Part shown: in pieces, positions 10,577 through 17,813 of the stretch
Numbering within the stretch: the stretch's first letter is position 1
Layout: every line of letters starts with the position of its first letter
NCBI GenBank assembly: GCA_946534285.1
Contig: CAMNCJ010000007.1
Location: 23,219-87,218 of the forward strand
Length of the DNA stretch: 64,000 nucleotides
Source: an uncultured Prevotella sp.
Lineage (GTDB): Bacteria; Bacteroidota; Bacteroidia; Bacteroidales; Bacteroidaceae
Reading direction: 5' to 3'
Notes under the pieces: model-generated
The model's input: the letters and a program-made list of their open reading frames with translations, nothing else
Told to the model about the DNA's origin: nothing
Database searches by the model: none
Made by a program: the position numbers and the translations under genes

Positions 10577-11771
10577 AATCTTTCAAATAGGCAAATCTCG
10601 ATGTCAAATGGCCTTCCTTCAAAATCATGGAACGATCAATCACATCGGAATGTTCACCCTTAAGCATAGGCTCAAACACATGTTTGGTCAACATTTCACC
10701 AAAATAGGCACTGGTATCAATGGCCAAGGCGTTCGGGCATGTGTCCACAGCCATTACTGTGATGTTGTCGGGCGAAGAGAATGCTGGCTCTTCTTTCTTA
10801 CTGACAGGATTGAAATCATAGTAGGGTTCAGCATGCGTTGCAGGACGGACTGTTGATTTAACACTTCCACAAATGTCGCATGTGATATCTCCTATCATTT
10901 TAATAGGTAAATCGTATTTGGTGAAATCGCCTTGTTCAAGATAAACGGGAGCCTTGGGATCCCAATAGTGACATGGGATATAAATATCAGTATGTTTCGC
11001 AAACTTTATGAAATCACTTACGTATTCCTCTGGATGCTCACGGAAATGTTTTCTAACATACGGTTTTCCATCCTTGTGCTTGACAAGTTCTTCTGGCGAC
11101 GCACGATGAAAAGAAATATAATCGATAGGTTCATTAGACAAGAACTCATCCATACTTAGTTCCTCTGCCCGACAACATTCCCTCATCACATAGGTTGCTC
11201 CTTGCGCCACCCTACCATTTCCTGTTATCAGTATCTTCACTTTAGGTAATTTTACAACAGTCAGTATGTTTCTCAATTCTGACAATGTAAATGATTTCGT
11301 GGGTTTCGGCAAAATATCCTTGCCTTCCCTCAGGAAATATCCCCGAAGCGTATAATAAACCCCAACGACTCCAGCCCACCAACCAAAGGCACAAACACGC
11401 TCATTATTCTCATCTACAAGATATTCGTAATCTGAGAATGTTATGCTTTTATTCATGAAAGCCTGCAACAAAGGGCGGTTGTATTCCTGCATCTTGGCAA
11501 TATGGCCGAAGAAGAAATAGTGTTTGTTCGGTATCAGACTTTCAATCTTAGCTTCCTTGATACCAAAGAGAACATCAGCATCGCTGACATCATTCACCAC
11601 CTCTACGCCTTCCGCCCGATATTCGTCATCTGAGTATGCGCGGACATCGCTTGTCTGCACCATAATCTGGTGCTGGGGAAATTGTCTGTTCAACTCAGCC
11701 ACCTGCTTGGGGACAAGTGCCACACGGTTATCAACCGGGGTCTTGGTTTCTTTGATTAGAACTATTTTCAT
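10560..11771 (-). CDS. Lysine-ketoglutarate reductase / saccharopine dehydrogenase-like NAD(P) oxidoreductase (AlaDh/PNT fold)
   Basis: ETK...DNRVAL.P, FGIKE, YFFFGHIAK.Q.YN..LL, DYEYLVD....RV.AFG..AG, TGNGRVAQGA, DITCD..GS. Confidence 0.8.
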   Translation of the reverse strand: MKIVLIKETKTPVDNRVALVPKQVAELNRQFPQHQIMVQTSDVRAYSDDEYRAEGVEVVNDVSDADVLFGIKEAKIESLIPNKHYFFFGHIAKMQEYNRPLLQAFMNKSITFSDYEYLVDENNERVCAFGWWAGVVGVYYTLRGYFLREGKDILPKPTKSFTLSELRNILTVVKLPKVKILITGNGRVAQGATYVMRECCRAEELSMDEFLSNEPIDYISFHRASPEELVKHKDGKPYVRKHFREHPEEYVSDFIKFAKHTDIYIPCHYWDPKAPVYLEQGDFTKYDLPIKMIGDITCDICGSVKSTVRPATHAEPYYDFNPVSKKEEPAFSSPDNITVMAVDTCPNALAIDTSAYFGEMLTKHVFEPMLKGEHSDVIDRSMILKEGHLTSRFAYLKDFAEGK

Positions 11772-11777
11772 TGTATT

Positions 11778-12188
11778 CTACTTTATTTTGCTATACTCCC
11801 TTAGAAGTGTTGAAGAAATACCTTCCGTTCTGGGAACAACAACAACTTCCTTACCATGGTTCTTGCACCATTCAACAGCGCTTTGGAATCCAGCATGGTT
11901 TTGGTCAGGGCCTTTGGCAAAAACGTCGAAATCTATCCTTTGAATATCTTTGTCGATATCTTTATAAATCACAACCTCATCAACATACTTAATGGCACTT
12001 ACCATATACATCCTTTCGTCTGTACTATATACCATCTGAGTACCTGGCTTGTACTTGAGAATGCAATCTCCATCCTGGACAGCCACAATCAAATGGTCAC
12101 CAAGATCTTTAGCATGCTTGAACAAAAGAATATGCCCGATATGAAGCATGTCGTAGACCCCTACTGTTAGCACTTTCTTCATACTCAT
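11778..12188 (-). CDS. Cytidylyltransferase (TagD/glycerol-3-phosphate CT-like), first gene of operon
   Basis: G.YDMLHIGH (HxGH), YVDEV and RTEGISST motifs; 136 aa. Confidence 0.88.
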   Translation of the reverse strand: MSMKKVLTVGVYDMLHIGHILLFKHAKDLGDHLIVAVQDGDCILKYKPGTQMVYSTDERMYMVSAIKYVDEVVIYKDIDKDIQRIDFDVFAKGPDQNHAGFQSAVEWCKNHGKEVVVVPRTEGISSTLLREYSKIK

Positions 12189-12674
12189 ATCACTTAATTG
12201 TTATTTGAGAAAAACGGACCACTATTTTCACAAACCGCAGTCCTAAAAATAGAAACTTGATTATTAATATAAAATATAGATTTCTTTGAGATACTTACAA
12301 TTCATTTCTTTGACAGTGTATGTCTGCTTGAATGGAATTCTGACTGGAGGCTACGTCTTGCAGGGATATAATACTTTTCTTCCCTCCCAGTATGTAGAAC
12401 TTGGAGAGAAAAACAATCTGTGGCAGCAACGCCCACTAATCCCTAAAAGCCAGACTGCCTCCGCTTCAGGATACTCTTTAAGGAGCATCCGCAGATGGTT
12501 CTGCTTCTGATGAGAAAAGCAAATGGAGGTAATACGCCCACCCACTGTATGATTCCGAAAAAACGCTATTGTGCCACCTATTTCCCAGAAAACAAAGTGG
12601 ATTGGCACATATCACTGTTATTTTATATTAATTATAATCAATCTCCAAAATACTGCTTTTCTATTTTTGCGCTG

Positions 12675-12705
12675 CAAAATTATAAAAAAAGAATGAGAAG
12701 ACAAA
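12675..12705 (-). promoter_or_regulatory. Bacteroidota sigma-A promoter for the leftward ATP-grasp/CapA operon
   Basis: Minus strand TTTG (12702-12705), 19-bp spacer, TAATTTTG (12675-12682). Confidence 0.65.
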
Positions 12706-12845
12706 ATTTTTCAACTAATATCTTATTGAGAATCCTATAAGTCATCCTATATAAACGTGAGTTCGGGGTAAGAGAATGAGAAACAGGAAGAACTCACAGA
12801 CGGGTTTCCTTGACTAACAGAACAAGGAGAACCCTATCCCCGTAT

Positions 12846-13000
12846 CCCTGTGCTCTCTGTGGTATGGTAACATGCATTCATATATTTTTGTTTTAACCAC
12901 CGAGAACACCGAGTTCACAGAGTTTTTATTATTATTATAATATTTCTCTGTGTCCTCTGTGCACTCTGTGGTTGTTAATTTGTATATTTATTATTCATCT
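12846..13000. repeat. Palindromic 9-nt-period repeat (CACAGAGnn/CTCGGTGnn); inverted copy of 15709-15861
   Basis: AACCACCGAG-AACACCGAG-TTCACAGAG, AT-rich loop, CTCTGTGTC-CTCTGTGCA-CTCTGTGGTT. Confidence 0.9.
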
Positions 13001-13059
13001 AACTCTTGAGTTCTATACCTCTTATTATTTCGTGGCCAAAAATGCCATTTTTCGCCATT

Positions 13060-13480
13060 AAACGACATGCTGACGATTTGAAAAATTGCGACAAAAGCCT
13101 GTTCACATTTTCATTCAAAATAGAAATGGTTTTTGGGCGAAACGAGCATTGAAAACGAGAAAATGTAAAGAATCACTACCATGAGGCACATTTCTTCACG
13201 CAAAACCTATGCTTTTACATCTCAAAAGATATGGTTTTACCCTTCAAAAACTATGGTTTCACTGCCCAAAAACTATGGTTTTGCGACACAAAACCTATGC
13301 TTTTTTCAGCAGTAATGTGATTTCTTCGTTCAAGGGGAAACCGTTTTCATTGTAATCAATTATTAGTCAACAACTTGCAGGAAGTGCTTCAAAACTCGTG
13401 TATTTCGCCCCAGTTGCACGTTTGTCATCAGCACCGCCCGTATGAGAGGCTTTCATTCGGATTTTTCATGACAATATCAT
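13060..13480 (+). repeat. Dispersed ~420-bp non-coding element, copy 1, containing five 22-bp direct repeats (13201-13306)
   Basis: Colinear with the reverse complement of 59650-60071 (AAACGACATGCTGA...GAAAATGTAAAGA...CAAAACCTATGCTTTT...TGATTTCTTCGTT...CGTATGAGAG...ATGACAAT). Confidence 0.88.
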
Positions 13481-13612
13481 GCATAGGGAATGTTCTGTCC
13501 GCTGAGTACAGAACCCTTGGTCCAATAAGGCTATCGCGAAAATGAAACTGAATGTTTTCACTACCTTGTCAAGAAATATCAAATAATATTTTTATAAGTA
13601 GAAAAAAATGCG

Positions 13613-13620
13613 TATTTTTG
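13613..13620 (+). promoter_or_regulatory. -7 promoter box upstream of the GHMP kinase
   Basis: TATTTTTG about 50 bp before the ATG. Confidence 0.55.
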
Positions 13621-13671
13621 CAGAAAATATGATGAAAACAGGAATTTGTCAACATTATAGCATTAAAAAAT

Positions 13672-14898
13672 ATGACACAAATGAATGATTTGTTCCAGGC
13701 ATACCGTACGTTTTTCGGCACGGGCGATGCACTTTACCGCATGTTCTCACCCTACCGTATCTGCCCCCTCGGGGCACATGTGGACCATCAGCATGGATGG
13801 GTGACGGGCTTTGCCTTCGACAGCGGCATCGAGTTCTTGTTCTCTGAGACAGAAACGGGCAAGGTGGAAATGGCTTCCCTGTCGTTTGAAGGACTGATGA
13901 CATTTAATGTGCAGCGGCCCATTGACGAGCAACAGAGCAACTGGGGAGACTATTTGCGCGGTGCCGCATGGGCATTGCAGCAGGATTTCCAACTGAAGAA
14001 AGGGGTGCGCGGTATCGTGAAAGGCTCCATGCCTATCGGCGGTCTGTCGTCATCGGCAGCGCTGCTGTGCGGTTTCGTGATGGCACTGGCAAAGGTGAAC
14101 CATCTGGAACTGGACAAGATGCAAGTGATTCACTATGCATCGCGCGCAGAAAGGGAATACGTGGGACTGAACAATGGTATTCTGGACCAGGCTTGCGTGG
14201 TGCTCTGCGAAGCAGACAAACTGCTGTTTCTCGACACAAAGAGTCAGCAATACGAACTGATTCCTTTCGCTTCGGAGAAGGGGAAAGACGGAACGAGCGG
14301 TGACGGAACGAGCGTGCTGCCATTCAAATTCGGCATTTTTTTCAGCGGCGTGACACGCAAACTGACAGGAACGGACTACAACCTGCGGGTATCGGAATGC
14401 AAAACAGCCGCTTGGATCATGCAGGCCTATGAGGATATTCCACTGAAAGAACTGCAAGACACACGGCTGCGTGATGTGGAGGAGACCGTTTTCCTGAAAC
14501 ATGAGAAGGATATGCCGGAGCGTTTTGCACGCAGAGCACGCCATTTCTATACGGAATGTGACCGCGTGAAAGACGGGGTGAAAGCGTGGAAGGCTGGCGA
14601 CATCGAGCGTTTCGGACAGTTTGTCTTCGAGAGTTGCGAGAGTTCGATGAACAACTACGAATGTGGTTCTCCTGAACTGATTGCTCTTTATAAGATCATG
14701 AGGGAGACGGACGGCATCTACGGAGGACGTTTCTCGGGCGCAGGATTCAAGGGTGCCTGCATTGCCTTGGTAGATCCCAGCAAGGAAGAGAGTATCAAAC
14801 AGCATGTGGAGGAGGAATACCTGAAGCAATATCCTCAATATAAGGATAGTTTCCATGCGTATTTCTGTAGTCCGGCCCACGGAGTGGAATTTCTATAA
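13672..14898 (+). CDS. GHMP sugar kinase, galacturonokinase-like (galactokinase family)
   Basis: PYRICPLGAHVDHQ, GGLSSSAA, GLNNGILDQ, DYNLRVSEC, NYECGSPEL, GGRFSGAGFKG. Confidence 0.85.
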   Translation: MTQMNDLFQAYRTFFGTGDALYRMFSPYRICPLGAHVDHQHGWVTGFAFDSGIEFLFSETETGKVEMASLSFEGLMTFNVQRPIDEQQSNWGDYLRGAAWALQQDFQLKKGVRGIVKGSMPIGGLSSSAALLCGFVMALAKVNHLELDKMQVIHYASRAEREYVGLNNGILDQACVVLCEADKLLFLDTKSQQYELIPFASEKGKDGTSGDGTSVLPFKFGIFFSGVTRKLTGTDYNLRVSECKTAAWIMQAYEDIPLKELQDTRLRDVEETVFLKHEKDMPERFARRARHFYTECDRVKDGVKAWKAGDIERFGQFVFESCESSMNNYECGSPELIALYKIMRETDGIYGGRFSGAGFKGACIALVDPSKEESIKQHVEEEYLKQYPQYKDSFHAYFCSPAHGVEFL

Positions 14899-14908
14899 CT
14901 CACTTATC

Positions 14909-15718
14909 ATGAAGAATATTGTCATTGCAGCAGGCTATGCCACCCGCTTGGGAGAACTGACAAAGAACTTTCCCAAGCCGCTACTCAGAATCGGCAACAC
15001 CACCATCCTCGACCGTTTGCTTGATGACGTGGATGGTATCGACTCGATTGACGAACATGTGATTGTGACAAACCATAAGTTTGCTCCGATCTTTGAAAAA
15101 TGGGCAGAGGAAAGGAAATGTGCCAAAAAGCCCATCCGCATCATTGACGACGGAACAACATCGAACGAGACACGACTCGGAGCCGTGCGCGACTTGCTGC
15201 TCGCCATCACGGGGGATCCTGACGGAAACACATCTGCCGAACTGGAATATGAGGATATCATGGTGCTGGCGGCTGATAACATCCTGAATTTCTCACTACA
15301 GGGATTTGTTGACTATGCAGAGGAAAAACAATCATCTGTGATTATGTGTCACCATGAGCCGGAACTAAAGAAACTACAACGCACAGGGGTTATCGCCGTA
15401 GATGAGAATATGAGGGTGACAGAGATGCAGGAGAAACCAGAAAAGCCTGTGAGCCACTGGGCTGTGCCGCCTTTCTATATCTACAAAAAGAAAGATCTGC
15501 CACTGATTGCTGACTGTATGAACCACGGATGCGGATTCGATGCTCCGGGAAACCTGGCACATTACCTCGTGGGAAAAACAACGATTCATGCATGGGAAAT
15601 GCCTGGTACGCGATTCGACATCGGATCACTGGACAGTTACCGCGAGGCACAACGAGTTTATGGTGGTGAATTGTGTTTTCCAAACCACAGTGTGCACTTA
15701 GAACATGGAGATGAATAA
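14909..15718 (+). CDS. Sugar-1-phosphate nucleotidyltransferase (NTP_transferase)
   Basis: AAGYATRL..LTKNFPKPLL, EKP, RFDIGSLDSY; the ATG at 14909 is preferred over the track start. Confidence 0.9.
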   Translation: MKNIVIAAGYATRLGELTKNFPKPLLRIGNTTILDRLLDDVDGIDSIDEHVIVTNHKFAPIFEKWAEERKCAKKPIRIIDDGTTSNETRLGAVRDLLLAITGDPDGNTSAELEYEDIMVLAADNILNFSLQGFVDYAEEKQSSVIMCHHEPELKKLQRTGVIAVDENMRVTEMQEKPEKPVSHWAVPPFYIYKKKDLPLIADCMNHGCGFDAPGNLAHYLVGKTTIHAWEMPGTRFDIGSLDSYREAQRVYGGELCFPNHSVHLEHGDE

Positions 15719-15971
15719 TAAATATACAAATTAACAACCACAGAGAGCACAGAGGACACAGAGAATAATTAAATAAAAACTCGGTGATCTCCGTGTACTC
15801 GGTGGTTAGAATAAAACAATGTAGGACATGAATCTATGTTAATACCACAGAGTGCACGGAGGACACAGAGATAGATTTAATACGGAATGATAGGACCACG
15901 CGGGTGGATAAAGACAAAAAACTCGGTGTCCTCGGTGGTTAATAATAAAATAACTCCGTGGACTCGGTGGT
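15709..15971. repeat. Cluster of 9-nt-period palindromic repeats upstream of the GxxExxY gene
   Basis: ACCACAGAG-AGCACAGAG-GACACAGAG...CTCGGTGAT-CTCCGTGTA-CTCGGTGGTT; further arms at 15844-15870 and 15922-15971. Confidence 0.9.
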
Positions 15972-15988
15972 AAAAAAACAGATATGAT

Positions 15989-16354
15989 ATGAATGAGGAT
16001 CAAGAGACATATAATATAATAGGTGCGGCGATTGAGGTACATCGACAACTTGGACCGGGGTTTGTCGAGTTCGTCTACGCTGACGCATTAGAAATAGAGT
16101 TGAAACTGCGTGGAATTCCCTTCCAAAGAGAAGTAAGAATCCCTGTTGAATACAAAGGAAGCACACTGAAGCATGTTTATGTTGCTGACTTCATTTGTTA
16201 TGAACATGTTATCGTTGAGTTAAAAGCGGTGGAGAAAATTCTACCCGTACACGAAGCACAAATCATCAACTACCTGAAAGCGACGAACTATCACTGCGGT
16301 TTACTATTGAATTTCAGTGATATTGTTCTGCAAAAACGAAGATACGTTAACTGA
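15989..16354 (+). CDS. GxxExxY protein (PD-(D/E)XK nuclease fold)
   Basis: IIGAAIEVHRQLGPGFVEFVY (GxxExxY), ADFIC...VIVELKAV, HEAQIINYLKAT. Confidence 0.93.
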   Translation: MNEDQETYNIIGAAIEVHRQLGPGFVEFVYADALEIELKLRGIPFQREVRIPVEYKGSTLKHVYVADFICYEHVIVELKAVEKILPVHEAQIINYLKATNYHCGLLLNFSDIVLQKRRYVN

Positions 16355-16435
16355 GAAAAACGTTTTCTGAAAAACAACAGAGCGTAAAGATTAATCCAAA
16401 ATGGCTTCTGTAGTTGAGAAAGAACAAGTATTCAA

Positions 16436-16647
16436 ACAACCACAGAGAGCACGGAGATAGGGAATAATAAGAGGTATAGAAAACTGGGGGCAGATGAATA
16501 ATAAATTCTCGGTGAACTCGGTGATCTCGGTGATCTCGGTGATCTCGGTGATCTCGGTGGTTAATAATAAATAACTCCGTGGGGGATGAATAAAAATCTC
16601 GGTGATCTCGGTGATCTCGGTGGTTAATAATAAATAACTCTGTGGTT
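16436..16647. repeat. 9-nt tandem/palindromic repeats downstream of the GxxExxY gene
   Basis: CTCGGTGAT-type units x6 (16508-16561) and x3 (16598-16624); left arm CCACAGAGAGCACGGAG at 16440. Confidence 0.92.
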
Positions 16648-16681
16648 AGAAAATAAATTGAATAAATAGAGAAGTACAATT

Positions 16682-17722
16682 ATGAAAATCTTAGTTACTG
16701 GCGCAGCCGGATTCATCGGCTCGAAACTTATGTACATGCTCGCCCTTCGTGGTGATGATGTGGTAGGCATTGACAATATCAATGACTACTACAATCCTTT
16801 GCTCAAGTATGGCAGGTTGGCGGAGTGCGGTATAGAACAGAAAGACAACCATTTTGAATGGAATGTTCCTGTTCAGAGCAGTCTGTTTGCCAACTGCCGC
16901 TTTGTGAGAATGGCTATCGATGACAAGGAGTCACTCGACCGCTTATTTGAAAAAGAGCATTTCGACAAGGTGGTGAACCTCGCTGCACAGGCTGGTGTGC
17001 GCTATAGCATCACCAACCCTTACAGTTACTTACAAAGCAACTTGGTCGGGTTCCTCAACATTCTGGAAGCCTGCAGGAACAACCAGATTCGTCATCTGAT
17101 CTACGCCTCGTCGAGTTCTGTCTATGGCATGAATACCAAGGTGCCCTACAGTGAAGCAGACAAGGTGGACTCCCCCGTCAGCCTCTATGCCGCATCGAAA
17201 AAGAGCAACGAACTGATGGCGCATGCCTACTCGAAACTTTACGGATTCGCAACAACAGGACTGCGTTTCTTCACCGTCTATGGTCCATGGGGCCGTCCAG
17301 ACATGTCTCCCATGCTTTTTGCCTCCGCCATTTCCAAGGGAGAACCAATCAAAGTATTCAATCACGGAGACATGATTCGTGACTTCACCTATATCGATGA
17401 CATTGCTGAGGGTACGATTCATGTAATTGATCATCAGCCCGTTGCTGAAGAATGTCCCAACAACGTTCCTTACAAGGTGTATAATATCGGCTGTTCGAAT
17501 CCTGTAAAACTGATGGATTTTATCAGCGAGATAGAACAGGCTTATGGCAAGGAAGCCGAAAAAGTGTTTCTCCCCATGCAGCCGGGGGATGTTTATCAGA
17601 CCAATGCGAATACGGAACGTCTGGAAGAAGAGTGCGGTTACAAGCCACATTGGTCGCTGCATGACGGTATCCAGGAGTTTATGAAGTGGTATAAGAGCGA
17701 CAAAAACCCGCTCCGCCCATAG
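16682..17722 (+). CDS. NAD-dependent epimerase, UDP-glucuronate 4-epimerase family (Uge/Cap1J/WbnF-like)
   Basis: GAAGFIG, LAAQAGVRYS, YAASKKSNELMAH, RFFTVYGPWGRPDM, QPGDV. Confidence 0.9.
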   Translation: MKILVTGAAGFIGSKLMYMLALRGDDVVGIDNINDYYNPLLKYGRLAECGIEQKDNHFEWNVPVQSSLFANCRFVRMAIDDKESLDRLFEKEHFDKVVNLAAQAGVRYSITNPYSYLQSNLVGFLNILEACRNNQIRHLIYASSSSVYGMNTKVPYSEADKVDSPVSLYAASKKSNELMAHAYSKLYGFATTGLRFFTVYGPWGRPDMSPMLFASAISKGEPIKVFNHGDMIRDFTYIDDIAEGTIHVIDHQPVAEECPNNVPYKVYNIGCSNPVKLMDFISEIEQAYGKEAEKVFLPMQPGDVYQTNANTERLEEECGYKPHWSLHDGIQEFMKWYKSDKNPLRP

Positions 17723-17740
17723 CACTCAAGCAACAATAGT

Positions 17741-17807
17741 AATCAAAACAGAAGCAGGCAACCATCGTCTTAAATCGTATTCGATGGCTGCCTGTTACTG
17801 TTTGATT
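17741..17807. terminator. Long hairpin between the convergent epimerase and phosphatase genes (probable bidirectional terminator)
   Basis: AATCAAAACAG..GCAGGCAACCATCG ... CGATGGCTGCCTGTTACTGTTTGATT. Confidence 0.6.
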
Positions 17808-17813
17808 CAGGTC

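Noticed and set aside
13672-14898. Ordinary galactokinase (galK)
   Set aside because: Lacks GRxNLIGEHxDY, and no galT/galM is adjacent; a uronate epimerase is adjacent instead.
16508-16624. CTCGGTGAT arrays as a CRISPR array
   Set aside because: Units are 9 nt and directly tandem with no unique spacers, and no cas genes are in the window.
16347-16679. Minus-strand ORF with HRDHRD repeats (also 15839-16048 and 15939-16166)
   Set aside because: Translation artefacts of the 9-nt repeats or antisense to the GxxExxY gene.
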